DNA from: Bacteriovoracaceae bacterium
GTDB lineage: Bacteria; Bdellovibrionota; Bacteriovoracia; Bacteriovoracales; Bacteriovoracaceae
Direction of reading: 5' to 3'
Assembly (NCBI GenBank): GCA_018649885.1
Contig: JABIHA010000086.1
Coordinates: forward strand, 62,001-126,000
Length of the DNA stretch: 64,000 bases
Shown piece by piece: positions 1-9,603 of this stretch (position 1 is the first letter of the stretch; each line of letters opens with the position of its first letter). Made by a program: the position numbers and the translations under genes. The notes under the pieces are model-generated. The model searched no databases. It was given only the letters and a program-made list of their open reading frames with translations, and had not been told where the DNA came from.

Positions 1-2
1 CA

Positions 3-1151
3 CATTTTTTAGAGCACCTAATGTTTAAAGGTGCAAAGAAATATGGTCCGGGAGTTTTTGAGAAAGCTATTGAGACTAACGGTGGAAGTTCAAATGCCTA
101 CACCACCATGGATCAAACAGTTTATTACGAAAATATGCCTACCAAGGCAATCGATTTAATTATCGATATGGAAGCTGATAGATTAGAAAATCTTTTGTTA
201 GAACCCAAGGGGTTTGAAAGCGAAAGAAGCGTTATCCTAGAGGAGAGAAAGTACCGATATGAAAACTCCCCTGGTGGGCAGCTTCTTTTGGCCACCACAC
301 AAGCAATGTTTGATGGAACCCCTTACGGCGAATCAGTCATTGGAAGAATTCCCGATTTAAAGAAAGTCTCGAGAGATGAGATTCATACTTACTTTAAAAC
401 CCACTACGCTCCCAATAATGCAGTAGTCGTTATTGTTGGGGATATCATGACCCATGAAGTAGCTCACCTGATGAAAACCAAATTTGGGGGAATCGCAAAA
501 AGTAAAACTCTCGAAGCGATGAAAAGAGATCTCGATGATGCTTTTTTGTATAAAGACCGTGCTAAATATAAGAAGAGCCACAATATATATGGAGAGTCAC
601 CCAATCCCGTATTTAGACTTGCCTACAGAGGGGAACCCCTTGGTACAAGAAGAAGCTTAGTGTTAGATCTACTCTCATCAATGTTAGGAGATGGAAAGAG
701 TAGTTATCTTCACCAAAAATATGCAACCGGAAAAAAGGCCATGGCCGGAAATATTTATGCGTATAACTATAATTTACAAGAAGCCGGATCCTTCTTCATT
801 GGGGGGCAATTGCTCTCTGGTACTTCTTTAAAGTCTTTCGAAAGAAAGTTGAAAAAGGAAACCAAGACAATTTGTAAAAAAGCGCTTAATGAACGAGCTC
901 TACAAAAGACGAAGAACCAATACTTAGTATCATACTATAATTCATTGCAAACAAATGATGGAGTCGCCTGGTTCCTAGGTGCTAATGAATCTGTTTTTGG
1001 GGATTACAACACCTATAAAAAAGAATTAAAAATTTATCGTTCAATTCAGTTAGCTGAAGTTGAAGAAGTCTGCCACAGTGTATTTGATGGTGGTAAAAAT
1101 ATATTTTTATCAGTTTGGAATAAGAATCCAAAACATAGGAGAAAGTTTTGA
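3..1151 (+). CDS. M16B zinc peptidase, catalytic subunit (5'-truncated by window edge)
   Basis: Frame is open from position 3 and reads HFLEHLMFKG (inverted HxxEH zinc motif); NAYTT and ERSVILEE segments typical of M16. Confidence 0.9.
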   Translation, partial: HFLEHLMFKGAKKYGPGVFEKAIETNGGSSNAYTTMDQTVYYENMPTKAIDLIIDMEADRLENLLLEPKGFESERSVILEERKYRYENSPGGQLLLATTQAMFDGTPYGESVIGRIPDLKKVSRDEIHTYFKTHYAPNNAVVVIVGDIMTHEVAHLMKTKFGGIAKSKTLEAMKRDLDDAFLYKDRAKYKKSHNIYGESPNPVFRLAYRGEPLGTRRSLVLDLLSSMLGDGKSSYLHQKYATGKKAMAGNIYAYNYNLQEAGSFFIGGQLLSGTSLKSFERKLKKETKTICKKALNERALQKTKNQYLVSYYNSLQTNDGVAWFLGANESVFGDYNTYKKELKIYRSIQLAEVEEVCHSVFDGGKNIFLSVWNKNPKHRRKF

Positions 1152-2518
1152 AATTACTCTACACAGTTTGCGCTCTCGCACTTTTTTTTGGGAGTAATTC
1201 CTATGGATTTGAGAAAAAAATTACCAAAGTCGCCTGGTCTGACAGTCTAGAGGTGGTATTTCTTGAAGATCACAGATTCCCAACATATGCTCTTTCAATC
1301 TATTTTGCAGACGGAGCCTTAGGAGATCACAGAGGAAGACTAGGTGAGACAGATGCCATGTTCGCCAATTTAACTGCTGGCACCAATCGTTATAATCAAA
1401 AACAAATTAGTGATGCTCTTGAATTTTATGGAACTTCATTTTCCTATAATGTCACTCATGAATATTCTTCAGTTGGTATTGCAGGTCTTGCCAAGGATTT
1501 TAGACCCAATGTGAAAATGTTATGTCATCTCTTTAAAGATGCCACATTTCCAAAAAGGGAGCTTTTAACTTACAAAAGAAAGCTTGTAAGTGCATTTGAA
1601 AGCATGGCCAGTAATCATTCAGCACTGGCCAATCGGATTTTCAGAGAGCTTTCACTCAAAAATACTCTCTACCAGGCACCTGTAAGTGGGAAAATTAAAA
1701 CCATAAAGAGATTTACCAGCAAATTTTTAGATAAAAAATTGCAGTACTTCAAAAAGAAGGTGAAAAAAAGAATTTATCTTGTTGGTCCTAACAAGCTCGA
1801 TGAACTCAAACGAGTCGTTAGTGAGGAGTGTGACTTTAATATTGCCGGTGCAAGTTTTGTCAGAAGTGTAAAAGATTCTAATGCAAAATTTGCAAAGAGT
1901 AGAAAAATTTATTTAATTCCAGTGCCTAATGCTAATCAAGCGCAGGTGAGAGTGGGCTCTTATCTTGGTCAAAGTGAGATAGAAGAGCCGGACTTAATGT
2001 CTGTGGCTTCCGGCTTCCTAGGGGGAGGGTACACCTCCAAACTTATGACAGAAATTAGACATAAAAGAGGATTAAGTTATAGTGTATCCACTGTTGCCAC
2101 CAAGCAAAAACAATATGGAAGGGCCGCAATATCAACATTCACCAAGAATCCAAGTATCGCTCAATTAATGAAAGTTATTAAAGATAGTCTTAATGAAATG
2201 AGTAGCGGTAAATTTTCAAGACTAGAACTTCGGGACTCAGTAAATTTTCTCTCTGGCTCCTATCTTTTTCAGTTCGAAAAAGGCTCTTCATATCTTGCCA
2301 ACCTACTTTACTTTGATCACATTGGTAGAAATTATGATGAACTCTATGCGTTTCCAGAAAAGATAAAACGGTTCAAAAAACCTCAGGTTGCCGAGATGAT
2401 TGAAAAACTTTTTTCTTGGGATAAACAAACAGTTGTTATCGTAGGCAGCAGGAATTTATTAAAAGACCTTAGAGCTTTTGGAAGCGTACAAGTAGTAGAT
2501 TATAAGAAATTTTTATAA
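1148..2518 (+). CDS. M16B peptidase non-catalytic partner subunit, signal peptide
   Basis: TTG start overlapping upstream stop; M16-type LGGGYTSKLMTEIRHKRGLSY motif; no HxxEH. Confidence 0.85.
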   Translation: MKLLYTVCALALFFGSNSYGFEKKITKVAWSDSLEVVFLEDHRFPTYALSIYFADGALGDHRGRLGETDAMFANLTAGTNRYNQKQISDALEFYGTSFSYNVTHEYSSVGIAGLAKDFRPNVKMLCHLFKDATFPKRELLTYKRKLVSAFESMASNHSALANRIFRELSLKNTLYQAPVSGKIKTIKRFTSKFLDKKLQYFKKKVKKRIYLVGPNKLDELKRVVSEECDFNIAGASFVRSVKDSNAKFAKSRKIYLIPVPNANQAQVRVGSYLGQSEIEEPDLMSVASGFLGGGYTSKLMTEIRHKRGLSYSVSTVATKQKQYGRAAISTFTKNPSIAQLMKVIKDSLNEMSSGKFSRLELRDSVNFLSGSYLFQFEKGSSYLANLLYFDHIGRNYDELYAFPEKIKRFKKPQVAEMIEKLFSWDKQTVVIVGSRNLLKDLRAFGSVQVVDYKKFL

Positions 2519-2520
2519 TC

Positions 2521-2621
2521 TACTGATCCCAGTTTGAATTTCAAGTGGCGTATTCCTCATCGGAGTGTGCTACACGCCTTCTTCGTCATCCACTCACTTG
2601 AAATCCAAACTGGAATCAGTA
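2521..2621 (-). mobile_element. 101-bp palindromic MITE-like/ERIC-Correia-like repeat, copy 1
   Basis: 27-bp inverted arms 2521-2547 / 2595-2621 (25/27 match); 47-nt core matches the reverse complement of the core at 62313-62359 at 44/47; ends TACTGA...TCAGTA. Confidence 0.75.
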
Positions 2622-2623
2622 TG

Positions 2624-2971
2624 CTAGAAGGTACTACCTTCCATATTTACTTGTGCGCCTGGATAGATAATTATATTTTCACAATGGATCTCACCGTTAA
2701 CAGTCGCCGATGACTGTAGGACTACTTTTCCCCTGGCATGAAGTTTACCAGAAAAATTTCCTAGGATTTCAATATCAACACATTTAACTTCACCAGAAAA
2801 CGAGCCGTAGGGATCAATTGTGATATGAGTGTCAGGATTTTCTGCAAAGATTTTACCTTCCATTTCAGAAGAAATTTTTATTTCTCCTCGAAGGTAGAAT
2901 TCACCTATAAACTTATTTTCTCTACCTAAATGGGAGAATTGATGTGTCCTGAGCTCATGAAGTTCTGGCAT
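2624..2971 (-). CDS. Bactofilin (polymer-forming cytoskeletal protein, CcmA-like)
   Basis: 115 aa with repeating beta-helix pattern (GSFSGEVKC, GNFSGKLHA, ATVNGEIHC, IYPGAQVNM). Confidence 0.85.
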   Translation of the reverse strand: MPELHELRTHQFSHLGRENKFIGEFYLRGEIKISSEMEGKIFAENPDTHITIDPYGSFSGEVKCVDIEILGNFSGKLHARGKVVLQSSATVNGEIHCENIIIYPGAQVNMEGSTF

Positions 2972-2974
2972 ACT

Positions 2975-3700
2975 TTAGGTCCTATTTTTAATTGGTCCAA
3001 CAACTTTGTTGTAAATCAAGTCTCCAGCGCGGGTGAAGATAATGATTCTAAAGTATATGAGGCTGGAGCTAGGTGCAGGCCTTTTAAAAGAGGCTTCGAC
3101 TGGTCTAAAGCGTGAGACAGTAAACCTCTCACCCATTGAAAATGTGAGTAGGGAATTTCCAAAGTCTGCGTCCATTTGAGGGTAAACTTGGAGGGACTTA
3201 TTATCTTTTAGTAAAATAAAGATATTTCCAGAAAGTTTAATTCCATTAGTTTGAGAGTTAATTATATTGAACTTAAATTTTAGCTTCTTTTCTGTGATGC
3301 TGACATCTAGACCTTCTGTTGTCATATAGTCTTTATTGCTGAGATCAAGCTGACCTTTGACTGGTCTAAAAAATCCCAAAAGAGTGCTATCACTTGGAGG
3401 CGAGGCCAGTTTATCAAGAAGAGACTGGTTTTGTTTTGTTTTCTCTTCAACGGCCAGTGCCAGGCCTGTGTTTTTCTCTTTAAGTTGAGTTATAATTTTT
3501 GGCTCACGGCTTTTAAACTCACTTATAAGGGTTTTAAAATTAATAGATAAAAAGGCCAAGCTTCCAACACACATAAGAAAAACTAGCGGGATGCCGAAAG
3601 ATAGAACCTTCAAGGTGAATTTGTTAATTTCAAAACACTTGGCATTTTTTTCTTTATCATAAATGACAAAGGTTATTGATCTTGAGGGCCTTGAAATCAT
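2975..3700 (-). CDS. Hypothetical membrane-anchored protein with coiled coil and C-terminal beta domain
   Basis: 241-aa ORF, one TM segment, tightly packed between neighbours. Confidence 0.7.
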   Translation of the reverse strand: MISRPSRSITFVIYDKEKNAKCFEINKFTLKVLSFGIPLVFLMCVGSLAFLSINFKTLISEFKSREPKIITQLKEKNTGLALAVEEKTKQNQSLLDKLASPPSDSTLLGFFRPVKGQLDLSNKDYMTTEGLDVSITEKKLKFKFNIINSQTNGIKLSGNIFILLKDNKSLQVYPQMDADFGNSLLTFSMGERFTVSRFRPVEASFKRPAPSSSLIYFRIIIFTRAGDLIYNKVVGPIKNRT

Positions 3701-4732
3701 TTAGAAGAATCTCATTGACGGTGAAAAGGCAACTCTATCATCTTCTTTTGTAGGAATCTTATGCCATGATTCATGTACAATTTTCCAATTATAAGATGAA
3801 TCCATTTTAAGGATCATCGATTTTCTTCCAACATCATCAATATGATTAGACTTGTAAGCCTGATTAAATGTAACAAAAGCGTGTCCATCGTGAGTTACAA
3901 TAGAAAGGTGTTCTATAGAAATATCTGGTTTCCCTGGACCCGAAAAAACCCTAGACTTATAATTTTTAAAAAGCTGAAAATTTCTGCCTTTGTGAGGATG
4001 AGAAAATTCAGTTTTATGGTAAGCAGAGAGGTAGGAGTCCAGGTTTTCATTCTGCCAAGAGTTTCTCCAGTTTTCGATTAATTGTACAATATCCTCTTTT
4101 TTCTGTTTCCATGCACTTGCGTGTAAGAAAGAGAGGTTTTGTACAACTATGATTGGAGTGTTTTGGAGTTCGATATATCTCGAAATATCTTTTAGGTCTT
4201 GATCAACAACAACAACACATCCTCTAGAATCTAGACCCTTTGAAACTCTTGCAGGGTCATGGGTAGAGTGTAGCCAAATTCCTCCGCCTGTTTTTCCACT
4301 TATTCTGTCAATCAAGTTTGGGTAACTTGTAACAAAGGCGCCTGCACCATAAATTTTTCCGGTCTCTTGACCATACATTTTGATGATTTTTTCGCTAGGG
4401 AGAAATTTACTAAAGCTGTAGATTCCTTCAGGAGTTTTTCTATCACCTTGAACATATTTATCCCCAGTGATTTTTCCTGTGGCCACATTGAATGCCCTGA
4501 CAAACTTAGGTGTTCCATTGTCATTGGCATAAATGTAGAGCTTATGGGTCGACTTTTCAGCAATTAAAACATGATGATTGTATTTATTGTCCAACTTGAG
4601 CAAATGGGTAGGGTACATAACTGAGCTAATATCCTCAGCATTATCAGCAAAACTAGTGTTTAAACTAAAAACCAGGGCCAAAAAAATTGGGAAAATATTC
4701 CACTTATTTAGGCCAACTTGTCTAAATTTCAC
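3701..4732 (-). CDS. L,D-transpeptidase/L,D-carboxypeptidase (YkuD) with C-terminal NTF2-like domain, Csd6/Pgp2/Bd1075-like
   Basis: GDRKTPEG, GGGIWLH...SRGCVVV catalytic His/Cys motif; C-terminal WRNSW...YLSAY...WKIVHESW; GTG start at 4732 after GAGG. Confidence 0.85.
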   Translation of the reverse strand: MKFRQVGLNKWNIFPIFLALVFSLNTSFADNAEDISSVMYPTHLLKLDNKYNHHVLIAEKSTHKLYIYANDNGTPKFVRAFNVATGKITGDKYVQGDRKTPEGIYSFSKFLPSEKIIKMYGQETGKIYGAGAFVTSYPNLIDRISGKTGGGIWLHSTHDPARVSKGLDSRGCVVVVDQDLKDISRYIELQNTPIIVVQNLSFLHASAWKQKKEDIVQLIENWRNSWQNENLDSYLSAYHKTEFSHPHKGRNFQLFKNYKSRVFSGPGKPDISIEHLSIVTHDGHAFVTFNQAYKSNHIDDVGRKSMILKMDSSYNWKIVHESWHKIPTKEDDRVAFSPSMRFF

Positions 4733-4894
4733 GGTTAGTCCTCTTCTTTTACAAAAAATTGATACACCGAATTTATCGTAAGCTAGTAGGTTATTTTTAG
4801 CAACTGAAAACCGTTCCAAAAGGGGTCAAAGACTGCCTGCATTGAAGTTTGCTAGGCCTTTGATATTATAGTGAAATAGGGGAAGTACCATATT

Positions 4895-7408
4895 ATGATC
4901 CCATTATTTGTTGCGCAGAGTAATTCATTTTTGAAGGAGCACCTCGCTGAAGGTGCTGAAAATGTATTTGAAAATGAAAAAGAAATACTAGCGCTCTTAA
5001 GTGCTGATGAGCCATTTATCATATTTTTTGCTGCTGATAGTAAAATATCTTTTAAGAAATCATTGCTTGTTAAGCTCAGTAAAAATTATCCAAATGCAAT
5101 AAGACTTCTTGTTCACAGTGGTGAGCCTCCAAAAGAGTATAAGAAAATTCAAACCAAAGACTATGGCTTTCACGCACATCTAAAATTTCCATATTCCAAA
5201 GAAGACCTTGGAGAAATTCTTTCAACCCTAAATTTAGACAACTCTGAACTTTCTTCGGGCCCTAAGGCCTTACAAGAAGAAAGCTCAAGTGGACCAAAAG
5301 AGGGTGTTGGAACTCAGACAGCAAATTTAGTAGAAGATATTTTAAAGCAACATTTTGATGAAACAGGTTTTTCGAATACGCATGATATGACGGAAATACT
5401 TGGTAGTGTTGATGAGAATACAAAGATTCAAACGGCCTTCAATCAAGTTTTTGGTGATGAGTCGGGTATAAATTTTGGAGCAGAATTTTCACTAGATGAT
5501 ACTTCTAGTGACACATCTGCTGAAGAGCTAGAAAACCAGGATGGTGTAGACATGGCAAATAGTGATAAAGCAGATGACGATTTCGATCTAGAAGGTATAC
5601 AAATCGAAGGTCTTCAAGAAGACGAGGAAACTGATGAGGATAATATCGAAGATGGAGCGACAACGATTCTAAGCTTAGATCAGTTAGAGGATGAGTTTCA
5701 AAAAAATCAAGGCGAAGGCGAAGGCGATAGCGCTGGCATTGATCTGGAATTCAGTGTTAGCGGATCTGATGAAGAAGATGATAATACTACCACGCTTGTA
5801 GACACCCAGGACTCAGTCAACCTTGATGATGCAGAAGAACCTGCAGATGAGTCAATTGGCGACTTAGATTTTACCATTTCTGATGATACTGAAAAAGATA
5901 GTGCAGCAGCAGAGTTTCAAATTGAAGATAGCGATGAAGATTTTTCAGACTCAGATTTAAAAAAGCTTGATGATGTTTCCGAGCTGGAGCTTGAGGGAAC
6001 CTCCACAGAAGTGGATGCGATCGAAGATGGTGGAGAAGAGGCAGCAGCTGGAATTGAAGTAGATCTCTCCGGTGGAATGGAGCTTGAACTAGAGGGGACA
6101 GCGACAGGGAGTGCAGAAAGTGCTGAGTCACCTGAAGAACAGTTAAGCGCTGAAGATGATGGTGGTATTGAGTTAGACTTAGGTAGTGGCGATGACATGG
6201 ACCTTGAGCTAGAAGGTAGTCGTGGCGAAGAGGTCGCTGCCAGTTCAGCAGAAGTAGAAGAGTCAGAAGGGTTGGAGCTAGATTTTGGTGTAGAAGCGGC
6301 CGTCACTGAGACTCCATCTGCAGGTGGAGAGCAAGTTGCAGCCGATGAAGACGCTGAAGGTGGAATTGACTTTAATCTATCTGCCGAAAAAGATATTTCC
6401 GATATGGGTCTTGAGCTTCCAAGTAGCAGTCCTGACGAAGTGGATGAGACACCAGATTCCATGGAGAATACTGGTCTTGGTCCACAATTTTCTGAACAAG
6501 ATCTCGAATATATTACAAAAAGCGCGACTATTAATCTTGCAAAAGAAGATGAAGACCTAGGGGATACTAAAGTTTTCAATATTAATGATCTAAAAGATGA
6601 TCTTAGTAGCAGCGCAGATTCAGTGGAGCTAGAGATTCCTTGTGTTGACCCTGATGCCACTAAGATTATTTCGACCCCCGATAGCCAGCCTGAACAAAGC
6701 GCAGTTAGCTCTGTCTCTGGTATCGCTCCTGAGTTATACAACCGGGCTGAACTGGCCAAAGAAAGTGCTGAATATAAAGCCTACTATGAAGATGAGCTAG
6801 TCAAACTACAGGCAACTATTCAAGGAGTAAGAGAGGATAGACAAAATCTACTCGATCAAATTGAAACATTGAAAACTCAAAATCAAGAGTTGAAACAAGA
6901 TCTAATCACTATAGGCGCTGAAGTTGAAGATAAAAAAATAGAGCTTACAGTTGTCAAAAAGAGATTTCAAAAAGATATTGAGACTATTAAGTATAATTTT
7001 GATCTTAGTTTGGAAAAAAAGAATATTGCAGAGGAAAAAACAAAGAAATTCCAAGGAGAGTTTGAAAGGCTCAATAAAAAAGTCCGAGTGGATTTTCAGA
7101 AGATTCAAGCTAGAGAGAAACAATTGGAAAACCAACTTGAACTTTTAAAAGTTGACAGTGTTTCTCAGCTTCAAAGTAGAGATAATAAAATACTTGATTT
7201 AAAGAGAAATATTGACTCATTAGAGTTTGACTTAGACAATATTGCTTTTGAAGAAAGCAAAGTGAAAAATCATCAATATGCTCTTGAGGATAAATTAGAG
7301 AGAGTGATGAAAACTTTAAGAATGGCAATAAATATGTTAGATGATGAAGATTTAGATAGTAATAATCCAATACCAATAGAAAAAAAATATTTTAAATCAA
7401 GGGCATAG
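4895..7408 (+). CDS. Large acidic protein: receiver-like N-terminus, Asp/Glu-rich low-complexity middle, C-terminal coiled coil
   Basis: 837-aa ORF; repeated ELELEG / GIELDL motifs; heptad-rich C-terminus. Confidence 0.75.
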   Translation: MIPLFVAQSNSFLKEHLAEGAENVFENEKEILALLSADEPFIIFFAADSKISFKKSLLVKLSKNYPNAIRLLVHSGEPPKEYKKIQTKDYGFHAHLKFPYSKEDLGEILSTLNLDNSELSSGPKALQEESSSGPKEGVGTQTANLVEDILKQHFDETGFSNTHDMTEILGSVDENTKIQTAFNQVFGDESGINFGAEFSLDDTSSDTSAEELENQDGVDMANSDKADDDFDLEGIQIEGLQEDEETDEDNIEDGATTILSLDQLEDEFQKNQGEGEGDSAGIDLEFSVSGSDEEDDNTTTLVDTQDSVNLDDAEEPADESIGDLDFTISDDTEKDSAAAEFQIEDSDEDFSDSDLKKLDDVSELELEGTSTEVDAIEDGGEEAAAGIEVDLSGGMELELEGTATGSAESAESPEEQLSAEDDGGIELDLGSGDDMDLELEGSRGEEVAASSAEVEESEGLELDFGVEAAVTETPSAGGEQVAADEDAEGGIDFNLSAEKDISDMGLELPSSSPDEVDETPDSMENTGLGPQFSEQDLEYITKSATINLAKEDEDLGDTKVFNINDLKDDLSSSADSVELEIPCVDPDATKIISTPDSQPEQSAVSSVSGIAPELYNRAELAKESAEYKAYYEDELVKLQATIQGVREDRQNLLDQIETLKTQNQELKQDLITIGAEVEDKKIELTVVKKRFQKDIETIKYNFDLSLEKKNIAEEKTKKFQGEFERLNKKVRVDFQKIQAREKQLENQLELLKVDSVSQLQSRDNKILDLKRNIDSLEFDLDNIAFEESKVKNHQYALEDKLERVMKTLRMAINMLDDEDLDSNNPIPIEKKYFKSRA

Positions 7409-7411
7409 ATT

Positions 7412-8764
7412 TTGGAGAGCCAAGCAAAATTTAAGTTGGCCATCATTGGCTTTGATGGGAAAATTACAGCTGAGATTGAGGACACAATTAATAAGAGTAC
7501 TCTCTTTCTAGATATTGCTGAAAAGCAAGTGGCTGAAAACAACTTAGAAGTATTTAAGTTTCAAAGTGAAACTAAACCCGATATTGTGGTCCTTAATACT
7601 ATCGGCTTTAAATCTTCAACAGCAGATGCCATTTCTCAAATAAAAGAAAAAGCACCGCTAACTGAAATTATTCTAGTTTCATTTTCTCCCAATTACAGTA
7701 ATGCCATTCGGGCCTTTAGGCTGGGTGCTAGAGATGTACTGCTCTATCCATTTAAATCAAGGGCCCTTACATTTTCTCTTGAAAGGGCAGTCACCTATTT
7801 AACCCTCTATAAACGAAGCGACTCTTTGAGTGATATCCTAGGTGTACTAAATAGATTTGGCGACTCTAGAAAGTTTAAGAACGACAAGCATCTCATAAAA
7901 TCATTAAGCTCTTTTATTAAAAAGAAGTTTTCTACTGAGTCAGTCGTTATTTTCACCAGAGATAATAAAGGAAATTGTAGGGAGTGGAGTAAGGCTTGCG
8001 AAAAAGAAACAAAAGAAGACTTTTCTTTTTCAAAAGATGTTGGGTGGATTGAGTTAGAGAAAAATTACTTTCCCTACACATTTATTGAAGTGGGTGAGAA
8101 AACAAGAATCGTGTTTTACTTAGGCAAAGGGACTGAGTCTTCAATCTATTGTAGCTTTGTTGGAAAGTGTGATGAGAGTGATTTTGAGTTAATTGGGTAT
8201 TTGGCACGGCTAATTCAGACATCTTTTCAGTACAAAATTTCTGGTAAGAATGAAAGAGAGCTTCTCTCGTTAGCACATACAGATGATGTAACTGGCTTAT
8301 ACAATCAAAGACGCCTGCAAATTGATCTCGATTATGCTATTGAACAATACGAGCGGGACAAATCTCCTTTCACAGTAATTTTTATTGATATCGACCATTT
8401 TAAAGCTGTTAATGATAGCTTTGGGCATCTGTCTGGAAGCCTTATTTTGACAGAAGTTGCCAAGGTTTTAAAAGCGATTGTACGAGAGAGTGATTATCTC
8501 TACCGCTACGGGGGAGATGAATTTGTTACCATTATTCCCAATACAAATTCGGCGCAGGGAAAAGAAGTGGGTCATAGAATACTTGAGGCGATTAAGATGA
8601 AAACATTCTTAAGAGACCGTGATCAGAATATCAGACTTACCGTATCCATTGGGATTTCAGAATTTCCCAAGGACTCTAAGAACAAAGAAGAAGTTTTGGC
8701 CAAGGCCGATGAGATGATGTATAAAGCTAAGGAAGCCGGCAGAGGAAGAGTCTGTCTTTCCTGA
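7412..8764 (+). CDS. Diguanylate cyclase with N-terminal (pseudo)receiver domain
   Basis: TDDVTGLYN, DIDHFKAVND, RYGGDEF active site, RESD I-site five residues upstream. Confidence 0.9.
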   Translation: MESQAKFKLAIIGFDGKITAEIEDTINKSTLFLDIAEKQVAENNLEVFKFQSETKPDIVVLNTIGFKSSTADAISQIKEKAPLTEIILVSFSPNYSNAIRAFRLGARDVLLYPFKSRALTFSLERAVTYLTLYKRSDSLSDILGVLNRFGDSRKFKNDKHLIKSLSSFIKKKFSTESVVIFTRDNKGNCREWSKACEKETKEDFSFSKDVGWIELEKNYFPYTFIEVGEKTRIVFYLGKGTESSIYCSFVGKCDESDFELIGYLARLIQTSFQYKISGKNERELLSLAHTDDVTGLYNQRRLQIDLDYAIEQYERDKSPFTVIFIDIDHFKAVNDSFGHLSGSLILTEVAKVLKAIVRESDYLYRYGGDEFVTIIPNTNSAQGKEVGHRILEAIKMKTFLRDRDQNIRLTVSIGISEFPKDSKNKEEVLAKADEMMYKAKEAGRGRVCLS

Positions 8765-8781
8765 GGATTGTTTTAGTTGTC

Positions 8782-9417
8782 ATGTCAAAAATTCTACTAC
8801 TCTCAATTTTAGTTTTAGCATCTTGCTCAAGTGGAACCACTGGTCCTCTTCCATCTGAAGTTTACCCTAGTGCTCATCTAACAAGACCTATAAAAGATGG
8901 AATGAAAATTCCAGCAGTGGAGCTTGATAAAGTAGGTGGTGGAAGACTATCTCTTGTGGATGCTGTTCGCCACAAACCTGCTGTAGTGGTATTTTACAGA
9001 GGTGGATGGTGCCCTTTTTGTAATCTTCAATTGCAGGGACTTAGAAAGATTCAAAAATTTGTAAAAAACAAAGGCTATCAGCTTCTTGCCATTTCTCCAG
9101 ATAAAGCTTCCAAACTTAAAGAGAGTAGTAAAAGACATAAGCTAGGTTACACACTTTTATCGGATTCTAATGCAGCAGCAATGAAAGCATTTGGGATTGC
9201 CTTTCGGGTGGATAGTAAAACTATTGTTAAATATAAAACTTTTGGAATTGATTTAAATGAGGCATCAGGTATGGATCATCATATATTGCCTGTTCCCTCT
9301 GTTTTTATTGTCAACCAAAATGGCGAAGTGGTCTTTAGCTACGTCAATCCCAACTATAAAGTTAGAGTTAAGCCAAGCGTCATTAAGGCGGTTATTTTAG
9401 CTAATCCCGCTAAGTAA
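8782..9417 (+). CDS. Peroxiredoxin-like (AhpC/TSA family) lipoprotein
   Basis: Lipobox LASC; FYRGGWCPFC motif. Confidence 0.85.
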   Translation: MSKILLLSILVLASCSSGTTGPLPSEVYPSAHLTRPIKDGMKIPAVELDKVGGGRLSLVDAVRHKPAVVVFYRGGWCPFCNLQLQGLRKIQKFVKNKGYQLLAISPDKASKLKESSKRHKLGYTLLSDSNAAAMKAFGIAFRVDSKTIVKYKTFGIDLNEASGMDHHILPVPSVFIVNQNGEVVFSYVNPNYKVRVKPSVIKAVILANPAK

Positions 9418-9603
9418 ATAAACCTATGGCCCAGCAACTAGGGCCAAACTGACTATCTTTTTTATTGTGAAATGTAATTTTACTGTGTGAAGTAACAAGT
9501 TTAATTATACTTACCTTAGGGATAAGTTTTTTTATTGCTTTTTTCTCCTATAAAGTGAATTCTTGGCGCTAAGAGTGAAGCTTTTAATTGGGGAGAATTT
9601 AAT

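Noticed and set aside
5917..6759. 280-aa Ser-rich antisense ORF
   Set aside because: It is the shadow of the Asp/Glu-rich low-complexity region of the 4895-7408 gene and has no independent coding signal.
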